Part shown: piece by piece, positions 34,954-47,900 of the stretch | Numbering within the stretch: position 1 is the first letter of the stretch | Layout of the letters: the number at the start of each line of letters is the position of its first letter | Source: Bilabrum cf. latius | Lineage: Eukaryota | Direction: 5' to 3' | DNA: 64,000 bases | Assembly (NCBI GenBank): GCA_965178125.1 | Contig: OZ237742.1 | Coordinates: 186,001 to 250,000 of the forward strand | Notes under the pieces: generated by a model | Databases searched by the model: none | Told to the model about the DNA's origin: nothing | The model's input: only the letters and a program-made list of their open reading frames with translations | Program-made: the position numbers and the translations under genes

Positions 34954-37900
34954 TCAGCCCTCGGTCAGACCAGAGGACCCGCTGCTCTGTCCCCTCTTGC
35001 GCTTCCTCCCCCGACTGGCTGCTGCGTGCTCCTTCAGCCACACGAATGCGTCGCACCTCGCCCTGGCATCCCCAACCCTGCCGTCCGGCTTCGAGCACAC
35101 GTAGAAGCGCTTCCCCTTGTTTGGGCCCGGCTTGAGCACCGTCCGCTCCACGCACGGCATCGGAGGCTTGCATCTGCACAAGGGGGGTGGCAGCGGGCCG
35201 CCCAGCACGCCCGCCCAGCTAGCGGCTGACGAAGAGGCAGGTCTTTCGGCAGTTGATCCTGCACCTGCACCTGCACCTGCACCTGCACCTGCACCTGCAC
35301 CTGCACCTGCACCTGCACCTGCACCTGCACCTGCACCTGCACCTGCACCTGCACCTGCACCTGCACCTGCACCTGCACCTGCACCTGCACCTGCACCTGC
35401 ACCTGCACCTGCACCTGCACCTGCGCACAATAGACCTATTGCAGGGGCGCCCTTGTCAAGCTAGCCCGATCCAGATCCTGTCACCAATTTGTCTGTTGGT
35501 TTGGCTGGGGCGGTGGCCCGAACAGGCCTACCCAGCATGGTGGCCAGACTGGCCTGTCGCGGGCCTGTGCCGCTCCGTGCAAGTCCTCTCTGCAGGAGGG
35601 TGCCCCCTCTAGTCCGCGCTCCTGCCCTTGCTCGCGATTGTGCCCTTGCCCTTGCTATCACCCCCAATCCCAATCCCGGGCCCATCTTGATCTAGCCCTG
35701 GCGAGTCCAGGTCGCGGTTTCGACCCGAGGCCGCTTGCTGGGCTTGTCTGCATTAGTGTCGCTGTCACAGTCACTGTCACTCAGCAAGTCCACCACCACG
35801 TCGCCAGATAGAGGTGTCTCAGCTGCGGGTTTGCTTGTGAATTCATGTGCCTGTGATGAGGCTTCGCCAGTGCCTACCTCACCATCAACACCTGCACCAG
35901 CAGCTAGACCATCATCCAGGCCTTCGCCTCCGTTCATGTTGCCTTGTGTAACCCTAGACACTGCAGCCCCACCAGCACTAGCCCCTCCCTGGGGCGAGGA
36001 CGAGGAAGAGAAGAAAGAACTGATCGTTTGCTGTCTCGCTCGGAGACTGGCCCAGCTCGCGGTGCACAAGGGGTCCTGTTTGGGGTCATACGGCTCCATC
36101 TGACCGTTAGCCGAGGAGGAGGACGAGGATGAGGATGAGGACGAAGATGAAACCGCGGAGGTACCGCCGTATGCTGGTGCGTCCGCATGCGCAGCACTCA
36201 TACCCAGCGGGAAGGGCACGGCAAACGCGGCCCACACGGGGCAGTGATCCGATCCCTGGACCCCCGGCCACTGCCCTGCTCCCCGCAGGCTCTCGGCCAG
36301 CCCCGGAGTGGCGAGCAAGTAGTCGATGCGCGTGCCGCTGTTGGTTTCCCGGGCACCGGTGGTCTGGCACCAGCACGTGTAGGCACCGTGCACGAGAGGG
36401 TGGAATGCCCGGAAGCAGTCCACCATGCGAGGGCTGCCACACAGGGCGTCCTTACCGCTAGAGGAGGAAGTGCTACTGCTTGCAACTGCACGGTCGCCAT
36501 GCGGCACGCGCTGCTTCTTGGGAACCTCCACGGCACCGTTGGCCTGGTTGCTACCTTTGTCCTTTGCGCTCGATATGCCCGCGGGAGCGCCTGCTCCTCT
36601 TGCAAGTTGGACCCCCCACGACTGCACCGTGCGCCGGATGGCATCGGCAGCTGCAGTAGGCCTGCTGAGACCATCGGCGCCCGTGTCCCGGCAGAGCGCC
36701 ACCATGGCCTACAGGGCGCCTTCGCCGGCTTCTTTACCGACGCACAGAGCGGCAGCCGCCTGATCTTGCGGTGAAGCCGCCACCAAAAGCTACCCTTTGC
36801 CAAACCGCCCGTTGCTTGGGGAGCACGCATCCAGCCCATGCTCTCGGCGTGACGATGGGGACGAGTGGGCTTCGTGGTTTCCTCCGGCGCTGCTACCGCC
36901 ACACATGATGAATCCCGCACTGCGCTTTGCAGCGGAGTGCGGCGAGTCTCCTGCATTCGGTTCTTCTTCCTATTGACTGCTTGCGGCACCGGCAGAGCCT
37001 GCTGCATCACGATGATCGAATGCTGAGGACTATCCGCCCGAGAGGCAATCGGGTGCACCAGTGCTGCAAGTGCCCGTGCCCGTGCCAGTGCCAGTGCCAG
37101 TGCCAGTGCCAGTGCCGAAGCCGTTTCGATTCATGTTGTTCGCATGAAATCCCGATGGAGCGGCCGTTTGCTCCAGACCCGGCCAGCGCTTCCCGCTGTG
37201 GATCACCGCAGCCACGGCCGGATGCCTGGGCTCGTTGGCGCCGAGCATCCACCGCATCCACCGCCCCATGTCGCGGCCGGCCAGCGCGTCAGCCGGCCGC
37301 ACCGCCCCGTCGCCCACCCACGACGGGTCGCACAGATCAATCAGCCGGAAGGAGAGGTTGAGGTCGCCCCCCAGCAGAACCTCGCGGCTGCCTCCTCCTC
37401 CTGGCAGCGAGCCGGACATGGAGCTTCGCACGAATGCAGCCAGAAGACCATGGAATGCTACTTTCTCTTCTGCACGCTACGGCGTGCCATCACTGCATGG
37501 TGCGTAAGCATTCGCTACTATTCCGATGCCTGCAAGCTCAACTGCAATAAATCTACCTTGGCTGCAGACTGCTCGGACCGCTGCTGCACCGGCTGCCGGC
37601 ATAGATCGCTACATTTCCGCGCCTGGTCGTGCGGACGGAATCATGGGCGTGCTGTCGCCATCGACTATAATTTCTGCTTTGGACAACTGCTCCAAATACT
37701 AGCTGTCAAAGCTGCGGGCGATAGAAAACTACGACGACACGTAGATTGCTACCCCGCTGTAGCCTCCCGACATTCGGCCATCGCGGTTGAACGAGAAGTA
37801 CGATGCATATGAATGACCATCGATGTTTATAAAAGCTATATCCGGTGTGATGTCAGACCTTTGCGCCTTGGTTTCTTGAACCAAAAGAATGCTGGGATAA

Positions 37901-38007
37901 TTGAATCGCCTAAAAACTGCTTGCAAGCCGTCATCCTGGTCCTGCATCCTACGAATACCCCGTAAACCAATATTCCAATTCACAATCTTCAACGAAACAT
38001 GATCCAT
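34954..38007 (-). CDS. APEX2: AP endonuclease 2 (ExoIII/EEP domain, PIP box, C-terminal GRF zinc finger)
   Basis: 'LKIVNWNI', 'LVQETK', 'GYSGVA', 'GDLN', 'YTCW...ARETNSGTRIDY', 'GSDHCPV', PIP-like 'QQTISSFF' and GRF finger 'PLCRC...KPGPNKGKRFYVC...RCDAFVW'. One frame with TAG=Gln; stop TGA. Confidence 0.92.
35258..35424. repeat. (GCACCT)n hexamer microsatellite, about 28 units, encoding (Gly-Ala)n in APE2
   Basis: Perfect hexamer run seen in the sequence. Confidence 0.95.
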
Positions 38008-38158
38008 GCGGCTCCATAGGGTCGTTCTTCGTGCAGTTGCACGCCACAAACTGCACTGGTTTTCCTATCCTTGTTGCGTGCACCTTTCGGAGCGGAGCGC
38101 GATTGAGCCGTTGGGCTTCGGGGCGAGCCCCAGTTACAAATAGCAAGCAGCGCGTTCC

Positions 38159-41100
38159 ATGGACAGCCCCGATACAGTCAATCCAGCTGTTTTAAAGCTT
38201 CCTGAAAGCCCAGAGGACCAGTGCAAGGTGATGGGATCTCCAGGATCAAGCGTCGCCGGTTCGCCTGCGCCAAGGGCAACTGCTGCATCCCCCCTCGCCC
38301 CCGCAAAAGGAGAAGACGAGCAGGAAGAGACCAATGCTGACGCTTTAGATGAAAAGGTTAAAGCAAATGTAGCTACAGAACGGAAGGTTCGGCAATTCGA
38401 ACACGAGGTTGAAGCGCTGTCCTTGCTGCTCGAGGCGCAAGATGAGCGATCTCTGTCCGAGAGAGCCGAATCATTGTTCGGGTCTCGAACCATATCCGCA
38501 GCTATGAGTGACTCAGTGGCATCGTCCTCCTCGCGGCAAGCCATTCGATACCACGCCACCAGCCAGGGCTTGAAACTGAGTCAGGGATGCGCCGCGGCGC
38601 TCGAGCTGATTGAGGCCTCCAGGAGAATACTGAAAGAGAAAGGCGAAGCAATCCAGCTTAGAGCTAGCTTAAGAGCGACCGAGCAGCTTGTAAGAACTTG
38701 CCAGGGTTTCATGTCATGGCCTAGTAGCGTGTCTACCACGACCCGAAGGTCCCAGTTTCTACCTACCAATATCCCCGCAGATCGAGAAGGCAGCACGCGC
38801 TGCTCTGCGATATACTATGCTGCGTATCCGCTTGCTTCTGTCCGACCGCGTGAGTTCAGACACACAGGCACGTTGAAGCATACCTGAACCCTCGCCTTTG
38901 CCCACTGCTCGCCTCACTGTTGCTTGTGACCACTGGCCATTGCTATCGCTCGCGCAGCTAGGCAACCGAATGAACGAAGCATGGAATGCATACGAGTAGA
39001 TGAATGGGATGTTGCTGTTCTGCGACACGCACGCAGATGCCATGGGCGACATCCGTTAGGCGCTGTGGAACGCCAAATCCGTCGAGGCAATCTCCGTCGA
39101 GACCAAAATGAAGCGGGCAAAAGAGGCAGCAAATTCAATAAAGTTTGACATGACTAGGGCCTAGTTCATGGTCGACTGCTTCTTGGGACACCGCGCGGAG
39201 GTGTCTGTGCCCAAGCAGCTGCTCTCCAGGACCGTGCTGGAAGTGAGCACGAGCATCAAAGAGGCTCGCCTGCCAGTCAGCATTTCCACCACGCGCAAAG
39301 AAGTGGCGTCGGTCGTGCGGAAGCTAGGGATTGTATTCGAGCAGGTGAGCGAGCTCCACGTCAGGGCCAGGACAGCTGTCTCCAAGCGGCGCTCGGCGCA
39401 GAGTCGCAGGGCCACTGCCGGGGCAAGCATGCTGCGACGCCCGTCCGTCGGTGCCTTCGAGGCGAGCTTGCTCTCGGTTCCAGCAGAAAGCGACTTTGTT
39501 CAGCTAGCTGACACCCTGCACGGCTCTATTCGGCCGCCGTAGGCTGATGTCGATCACGACCCGCAAGCGGCGGCCGCGCCGGAGGGGCCCGGAGTGCAAG
39601 CCAGACCGACAGGTGGTAACACGTCAGAAGACGGTGGTGTCGCAGATGACCTGAGGCTCCGATCCCCGGGCCCTGACGGAGGCACGAGCGGTAGATCTCC
39701 TGTCGAACCGGGCCTCGCGTCTCCCGCCGCAGCAGCGAGAAGAACTACCAGCACCACAGATGAGGAGCTGCTGGTGTCGCTGGACGAGGTGGCTAGGGCA
39801 AGCCCCTCCAAATTCAGGGCGGCTTCCCCCCGCGAAGCTGCAGGGGACACACATTTCTCTGGCGCTCCCATCATGATAAGCTCGCATCGTGGTGCGACGG
39901 CCACGAGTTCCGCGGCCGGGGGCGCTGCTCTGTTCTCCCCGATGAGGCCGGCATCATCATCATCCTCATTGGCATCACCCAGACCTAACGAACTCGACTA
40001 GGGGCGCGGCGGCGAGTCTGTAGAGGGTCAGCCGCCCACTCGCCGCTCCTCCGTGTGGGAGCGCAAGGAATCCACCATGGACGGGAGGGCTCGCATGCGG
40101 GGAACACTGGCTGGGACGGCTGTGCGCCGCCGCGAAGCCAGACAGAGGGCCCGGGGCAGGCAGTCGAGGGCGAGGGAGGCCGAGTTCGACCGCATCCCTG
40201 AGGAGGAGCGGGCGGACAAGGTCTGGAACCGGGTGCTGGGGCAGGAGGCGGGCACGGTGGTGGATGTGGGCGGGGCCCAGCAATCCAAGTGGGTCTCTTG
40301 GCTGAGACACGACACGCACCACCCCTCCCACCGGATCGAAGAGCCGGCTCGCCGTAGACAAGATGAAGCGCATCGCCGGGCAATGGCGCGAAGCAAGATG
40401 TCTCCGAAGCCGAGGAGGAGGCAAGGGTTGCCAGCGAGCCACGAGTCAAAGGAGGAACCAGCGGAACAGGGCGAGCAAACAGGTGCTGGAGCAGGCGAGA
40501 CGAGGCCAAGGCCTGGCTCGCGGGTCCATCTGGCCAGACTCCGCCGCACCCACAGCCGCAGCCGCAGCCGCATCCGGGCTGGCAGGCGCGGTGCGAGGAG
40601 CAGGACCAGCGAGGAGGCCCATCGATCCGAGTCTCCGGCTCGATCTGCGGCCCGGTAGACGAGCCAGACGAGCTGGGGGGCTGTGTTCGAGGGTAAGACC
40701 GCGGCAAGGCAGACCTAGGCTGGCAATGGTCAGCAGCAGCAAGAACAGCAGCAGTAGCAGCAGCAAGAACAGAAGCAGGAGCAGGAGCAGGAGCGTGGCC
40801 GTAAGGGTGAAACGACTCAACGAGACATCCCAGTGCCGCCCCTGAGTCCCCAGACATCCCAACCACAGACCAAGCAGGATCTGGGGCCAGATGCCACGCA
40901 ACAACAGCAACAGCAGCAGTAGCAGCAGCAGCAGCACACAGCTTCTGTCGGCAGCAAGTAGCCGTCTGCTGTCGATGCGATCAAGCAGAGGCTGGCAGAG
41001 GCTGCCAAGAGCCGGGCAAAAGGAGCAGACCGAGAGTCCCACTTGGCCAGGGGACGCGACTCAGATCAAGCCAATCAGAATGAGGACCAGTCAGCAGGGA

Positions 41101-41660
41101 GAAAAGAAGAGCCTGCCGCGGAGAGCGAGCAAGGGGATACCACCGCAGCAGCCAGCGCGGGTGTGGCTGCAGCAGGGGAGCGGGACGCGCCAACTGGCCT
41201 TGCTGCCGAAGCAACTCTAGGTGCTCCCCCGGGCAGCACTGGTACCTTGGGGCAGGCCCGTTGCGACTTCATGCAGCGCACGGTGACATCTGGCGGGTGG
41301 GGGGTGAGCTCCCCAGAGGCCAGGGACTCCCTGCTGTCGAGTGCTCCGGGGAGCCCAGCAGCAGGCTAGGATGGTGATGTACCTTCCAGTGCCGGCGCGT
41401 CTGCAGTGCTTGCCTTAGAGGTGCAGATGGCGGCGATGTAGTCCAAGCACAAGGCAGCCGTGAGGAGGCACACGAGGCTGCTGGAGCAGAGGGCCAAGTT
41501 CAGCAAGATCACGGGACGGGCGCTGAAGGAGCAATAGCGGGAGCGGATGTCCAAGCGGGCCGCGGCCAAGCGGCACCTGCAGGACAGGAAGAGGCAGTGG
41601 CAGCACATCCTGACCGAGGCAGAGGCAGGGACAGGAAGAGGCAGTGGCAGCACATCCTGA
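38159..41660 (+). CDS. Hypothetical coiled-coil/low-complexity protein with poly-Gln tracts
   Basis: ATG at 38159. Predicted introns 38690-38780 and 38850-38957 give a continuous frame through the ORFs at 39168, 39594, 40053 and 41043. The poly-Gln tracts contain TAG. Ends at TGA inside a tandem repeat. Confidence 0.65.
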
Positions 41661-41722
41661 CCGAGGCAGAGGCAGGGACAGGAAGAGGCAGTGGCAGCAC
41701 ATCCTGACCGAGGCAGAGGCAG
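41582..41722 (+). repeat. Tandem repeat, 3 x 47 bp
   Basis: Unit ggacaggaagaggcagtggcagcacatcctgaccgaggcagaggcag occurs three times. Confidence 0.92.
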
Positions 41723-41905
41723 GGACAGGGATGCGCACGGCGGCTGGGTCTCGGATGGGGCGGGGGAGATGAGCGTGCCCATCCGCTTTCAACACTATTC
41801 GAGCAGATATGCAAATGATTATGAAGAGACATGCGCATGGTTGTGTTTCGTCGATTTGATGGTTGGGTGTGTCAGGCCATTCACCATGTGCCCGCGAAGT
41901 TGAGC

Positions 41906-42802
41906 TCATGAACTCCCCCCGGCTCCTGCCCCAGCCTTATCATCTGATCCTCCACTCGCAGCCCCGTCTCCCCCCCCGTCTCCGTCGCCTCCGCTTGCAG
42001 CTCCCTTGCCCTGGCCCGGGGCCTTGGATTCCGGGCCACACAGCAACTGCCGCCCCCCGTCCACCACCAGAACAGAGCCAGTGGTCCACGGGCTGCTAGC
42101 GAGGAACATGATTGCATCTGCGATCTCTTCAGGGGTGCCCACCCGCCCGAGAGGGTGCCGCCCCGTCGGGTCCTTGTAGTACTCTGTTGCCACCTCGGCT
42201 GGCATGCCAGCCCGCACGTGGAACTCGGTTGATATGGTGCCCGGGGCCACGGCGTTAACGCGAACGCCGAACTTCGTGAATTCATTTGCCTGGCAGCGAG
42301 TCAGGTGCTCCACGGCCGCTTTTGCGATGCAGTACGGGGCCAGCCCGTGCATCACTTGCGAGGCCGCGATGGACGACAGGTTCACGACAACCCCTTTCGC
42401 CTTGATCAGCGCGTCGCGGCAACCGGATACCATTAGGTAGCACGGCCGCACATTCAAGCCAAAGTGCCAAATGAAATCGTCATCGGTAGCTTTGTCAATC
42501 GAGCAGCCCAGCCGAGCGCCTCCAACGTTGTTGACCAGCAAGTCCAAGGATCCACCGCACGCTTTCAAAGCCTCTTCGCAAGCTTTCGTGCAGCCCTCTG
42601 GCGTCGATAAATCTGCACCCACGAAGCATATGCTCTTGCGCTGCTCGTCAGTAAGATCATCACCGCTGAACTCTTTCAACAAGCGTTCAGAATCGCGCGC
42701 CACTACGACGACGTGCTTTGCTCCACCGCGGATACAGCGAAGGGCAGTCTCCTTGCCAATTCCCGCACTTGCACCTGTTACTAGGCACGACTTTCCTTCC
42801 AT
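41906..42802 (-). CDS. Classical short-chain dehydrogenase/reductase
   Basis: 'LVTGASAGIG', 'LLVNNVG', 'NLSS', 'YCIAK', 'GVRVNAVAPG', 'PLGRVGTPEEIA'. No in-frame TAG; stop TGA. Confidence 0.92.
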   Translation of the reverse strand: MEGKSCLVTGASAGIGKETALRCIRGGAKHVVVVARDSERLLKEFSGDDLTDEQRKSICFVGADLSTPEGCTKACEEALKACGGSLDLLVNNVGGARLGCSIDKATDDDFIWHFGLNVRPCYLMVSGCRDALIKAKGVVVNLSSIAASQVMHGLAPYCIAKAAVEHLTRCQANEFTKFGVRVNAVAPGTISTEFHVRAGMPAEVATEYYKDPTGRHPLGRVGTPEEIADAIMFLASSPWTTGSVLVVDGGRQLLCGPESKAPGQGKGAASGGDGDGGGDGAASGGSDDKAGAGAGGSS

Positions 42803-43098
42803 TTTGTACTTGATGCGTGCGAAGAGGCGCAGTTGTGGTCCGATTTGCGTGGACTCGGATCGCGCGCTCAAGTGCAACTGGTGCGACCGTATCACTGGCT
42901 TAGCAAGGGCAAGCTGGTTGGCTTCGCCCAACAGAGTTCACACAGTATCAATCTAGATACGAATCTTTATCTGTTTTCGAACGCACCATCTGTCGTCTGC
43001 TTCACGTTGCTTCATATTGGGAATAGCTCGGTGGAAGAAGATACGAACTAGCTTTGCGCGCAGCACGAAAATATTCTCGCGACCAACTTGAAGCTGCG

Positions 43099-44817
43099 AT
43101 GAGTTTGAATCATGGACACAAGTCTAGCGATGCCTTGGGCTCGGTCAAAGAGCCCTTGATCGCGGCGGCAGCGGCCGCAGTGACCCAACAGGTGGAACAC
43201 GGCGTTGACTTGGACAAGGAAAACATGCGGTATTTGTGGACACCCCCGACCCTCTTTCAAGATTGGGATGAAGAGTATGAAGAGCGGACCGGGGCTTGGT
43301 GGGAACTTTTCGTTGACCTGGTCTTTGTGGCGGCCTGCTCGAACATTGCAGACGGCTTTAAGGAGGATCCTACGTCGGCCGGCTTTGGGTTGTTTGCATT
43401 GCAGCTAATGGTGTACTAGACGCTGTGGAATCAGTACGTTGGGTACTCCTCTCGCTTTCGCGACGATTCTCTCGGCCACTCGGTGCTGCTATTCATCTAC
43501 ATCGCGGGCGCAGCGTGCATGGTGGTGCACAGCGGTGCGAAGGACCCCGCCGATATCCTGGGGTTCTCCGTCGGCATGATCCTGCAGAAGGGTGCGATGC
43601 TGCTCATGCAAGCCATTGTGTACATATGGATCCCCCGTGCCCGGGTCATGACCGGCATCATGCTGGCTGAGTCTGTGGTGTTCTTCGTGTGCATCGGGGC
43701 GGCGGCTGGATTCCCTGACTACGCCGGCGGGAATCTGGCGCTGGCGATGTGGGGCACCGTGCTCGTGACTGAGCAGATTTTCCGGCTTGGGTTTGGCCTC
43801 ACGTGTGGGAAGCAGATCCTCCCGATCAACATCGACCATTTCACCGACCGGATGGGCTGCTGCGTCATGGTGATCCTGGGGGAGAGCATCGTGTCCGAGT
43901 CCATCAGCTACAGGGCGCTGCCACAGCACGCGAGGACCACCCAGTACTACGGAGCTGCACTCCTTGGGCTCTTGATGACCTTCGGCATCGCACTGATCTA
44001 TTTTCACCTGCAGCCGCTCCGCGAGAGGCACGCCTTCCGAGTGAGCAGGTACAGGGGCATGCTCCTCGAGTACGGGCAGCGGAGCCTTGGGGTGGCTCTG
44101 CTGGCCGTGGGGGTGGGCATCAAGTTCGCTATGGCTGCAGTGGTGGGGGAGGAGGGTGAAGGTGAGGGACAGAATGGTACACCCACAGGGCAGGGGTCCG
44201 TCAATGGGGGGAACCTAGAGCAGGAGCGGGCAGGTGGGGTGGGGGGCCTGTCTCGCTGCGACCCATCGATGATGTCCCCTCTACGCGTGTGGGTGTTGCT
44301 CGGCGCGCTCTCTTGCGTGATGGCCAGCCTATTTGTGCAAAGGCTGGCACACTACGGCGGCGTGGAGCCGAGGTCGAGCGATGCCACTGGTGTGTACCGC
44401 CTCAAGATGTTGTGGTGGCTGCTAGTGGGCTCCAACTGCATCCCACCGCTGGTGGCGGCCGGTGTGCTGACTGGGGGCAGCATCACGGACGGCTGCACCC
44501 CAGTGGACGATGCCCGAGGAATCATGGGCGAAGCGCCCGAGCCGGGGACTCATGATGCGGGGCTGGGGACCCATCCGCTGACTGCGCTGGCGGCGGGGGC
44601 CGGCTGCACGGTGGGGGTGGTGTGCCTCGAGTCCATCGTGACTCACATTCTCAAGGACACAGTGCTGGTGGCAAGGGCCAGGCGGGCGGGTGGTGGGACC
44701 GTCTCGGGTGACCTGATCGCCGAGTGGCTCGTGGAGCCGGATGGAGGGAGCTTGAGGAAGCCTGAGGGCGGGGGCGGGGGCGATGAGCAGGAAGGAGGGG
44801 ATGAGCTAAGCGCTTGA
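43099..44817 (+). CDS. LtrA (low temperature requirement A)-family membrane protein
   Basis: 'WWELFVDLVFVAA' and 'HFTDRMGCCVMVILGESIV' with multiple TM segments. One in-frame TAG at 43417-43419; stop TGA. Confidence 0.82.
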
Positions 44818-44977
44818 TGGTGCCTCGGAGTTTGCCGCTGACGCATGGCATCATGTCTTTTCCGATTCAGTGGCGTGTGCCGCAGTGAGTGGTGTGCCGC
44901 TGAAGTAACGTGCCACTGGCCTAGTGCGGTGTTCCGAATAGTCGTTTAAATTCTAGCCGTGCAACTCTAATTCTGCG

Positions 44978-47900
44978 ATGGAAGGAGATGAGCCTAGCAG
45001 CGCCTAGCTGGTGCTAGAGTACATTGCATCAGTTGGGTGGCGTCAGAGGCTGGAACTTGTCGAATGCTTGCATGACAACGCGGGCAGCGGCAACAGCCAA
45101 GAATCGAGCGCATTGCCTGGGATGGATGCGTCTGTTCGACTCGACTTGTCCCCGTCATCCCCCCAAATTTGGATGGTGATTACAAATATGATATGCGCCG
45201 AAAAGAACGTCGCTGTTCTCGCTGCAATAGTTAAGCTTGCGAGACGAATCGCTGAATCCGACCCGAAAGCTACTGGTCTGTGGAACAGAGCTTCCTCACA
45301 GCATTTGGGGCTAATCCTGCAACCCTCGACCCTCCTCCCTCTAATCAAGAACAATACATTTATGCGACGGGGGTCAGGAGATGCAGTGCAAGATCTGATT
45401 CAGCTCGTGGGGCACGTCTGGGCTGCCGCCATCCACGGGCTCGGGGGTCGGAGCGGCGGGGGGATCGCGAAGCTTCTCATGCAAGCGCTGCTCACGTCGG
45501 ATTCCAGAACCATCAACAAATTTGGTAGGACTGGCAAGCTGACAGCTGTACGAGACAGCTCGGGACGCGCATTTTTTCCTTGTGCCGCGGCGTGCTGCGC
45601 TTTGGTTCTGGGCCGCTCCGGCAACTCCCACCTGCTGTCGGCATGGCTCCCCGGCCTGCGGAAGGCGATCGCCGCCGCCCTCTCCTCTCGCCTCTTTGAT
45701 CCGGAGCTCACAGTGGCCGCCTCAATCTGCAGGGGAGCCCTGATTCTGGGTGAGACTGGGGAGGGCGGCGGCGGCGGAGCAGGTGCTTCTGGTGCGAGCA
45801 AGCCAAGCAAGAGCGGGGGCGCGGGGGCCGCTGGCGATCGCCCTGCAGTAGGCCTTGCCTCCATTGACCGCTGCGTGGCCGGTGGTATTCTGAGGACCGT
45901 GCTTACTGGTCACGACCCGAGCTCGCCACCAGCAGGCGGCTCCACGCTTCACTTCGTGTTGGCAGCGACCGCCGGACTCAGCACCGAGGAGAGGTCAGCG
46001 CCCGATGGCCCCGCTGCTGGCTCCAGCACCCAGGCCGGCTCTGACTCCCTCCCCCTGTCCCTGCCTTTGCCTTTGCCTGCCCTGGAGCCGCCCCTCGAGG
46101 AGGACGAGAGAGACGCGAGCATGGACCCAGCCGATGCCCGCATGGCGTATCCCGCAGCAGTCGCCGGTGGGACGCGGGCCGGCGGGGCGCGGGCCGGCGG
46201 GTGGATGCACGTCGGGAGTGCACCATGGGCCGCGGTCCGTTCTAAGATGCCTTGCGTCGCAGCTCTGGTGACGTTGTATGCCTCGGAGGAGCACAGGAGG
46301 CTGCTGCGCGAGGCGTGGGAGCTGAGGCTCTTCCAACAGCGGGCGCAAGGTATTTGCAGATCGGATGGGCTGGCTGCGGGCAAGGCTGGCGCAGGGTATG
46401 CAGGTGCAGGGCATGCAGGTGCAGGGCATGCAGGTGCAGGCTCCTCTGCCCGGGCACGGGACCATGCCCCTTCTCTCTCCTCCTTCCTGCAAGACTCCCG
46501 GGGCGATGCTGCGCTGCCTCAAGGCCAGGAAAACCAGAGATCGCCGCCCAGGAGCCCCCCGCTGCGGGCCAGGAGCGGCCGGCTGGCCTCTTCTCCCCCC
46601 CACGGGGGTGTGCAGGCGCAGGGGCGGGCCACCAGGGGGGGCGCTGTGGCCCCGCGGCCGGCCCGGCTGGCGAGGAGACAGGCACCGCGGCAGCCATCGC
46701 ACCCCTCGCGTGGGGTGGCGATGGATGAACCGGACGCCCCTCAATTCGACAAGGAAGAAGACGACGACGATGAACCGCTGAGCTCAGCCGAGTGGGCGGC
46801 TCGACTGACCGTGGACAGGGCCATCGAGGTCCTATCCGTTGACTTCGCCGAGGACGAGGCCCTGCAGCACCTGGTCCGAGTGGCCGCCCCAGTAGCGAGG
46901 AGCGAGGCGGAGGAGGTGGCTGCACTGCACGGCGGTGTGCTCTCCAACAGAGCGATGGAGGCCATTTCCCAGGGCACGCGAGCGGAGGCACTCGCCCGAG
47001 GTGCTGGTGACCCTGCCGGCACGGTGGGCGTGGCAAGTAGGCACGGCCAGGACCAGGGCCAGGACCAGGGCCACGGACAGGAAGGGGGCGCGGAGGCTGT
47101 CGCTGTAGATGACGCGGATGACCTGATCACGCGGGCGATGGGGTACGACCACAGAGGCCACGTGGTCTCAGAGATGGACGAGGGCTTCGCTGACTTTGCG
47201 CTGCGGGGCTGGCCAGCCGACGCGCCCAACGCTTGGTCCCAGCGGCGCATGATGCAGCGGCGCGTGTTCAAGCTGGCGGGGCTGCTCGCCGCCGTCACGG
47301 AGCGGCTGGAGCGGCTTACTCTGGCCATGGCGGCGGCGAAAAGGAAAGCCGCATCCGGGTCTCACGGCGGCATCGGGGCTGCGTCCGGGGCAGGGGCCGA
47401 CGGCCCCGGTGCGGCGGTGCCAGACGAAGCGCAATCCTAGGCCCTCGCCTCCCTCAGGACCCCGTTCACGAAGGGTCGCCCCGCCTTCTTGGCCTTGCTG
47501 CGGTCGTGCGTGTCCAAGTCTACCAGCAGCGTGGCGGTGAAGCGGGCGGCCCTGCAGACATTCTATGCTCTCCTGTGCTCCCCGGTGGCGGTGAGCAAGG
47601 GCGAGCTGGCCGCGCTCGCCACCCCGGTTGTGGTGGATGCCGCGGCGGACGGTGCGTCCAGCCTGAACGAGCCCATCCTGCGGTGCCTCCTCGCCGCTGC
47701 GGCGCCCTCACGGCTGGGGCCAAGCGCCGTCCTGCGGATCGCATCCACGGGCATCGACGGCGCAGTGGTCACCAGGGCCGGGCGCAGGCAGCTGGGCTCG
47801 TTGGGCGCGCAACCCCCGAACAGGCAGTTCCGCTCGATCGAATTCTGCCGCGTGCTACTTGAGCGTGCGAGCGGCCGAACCATCCACCCCGTGGTGCGCC

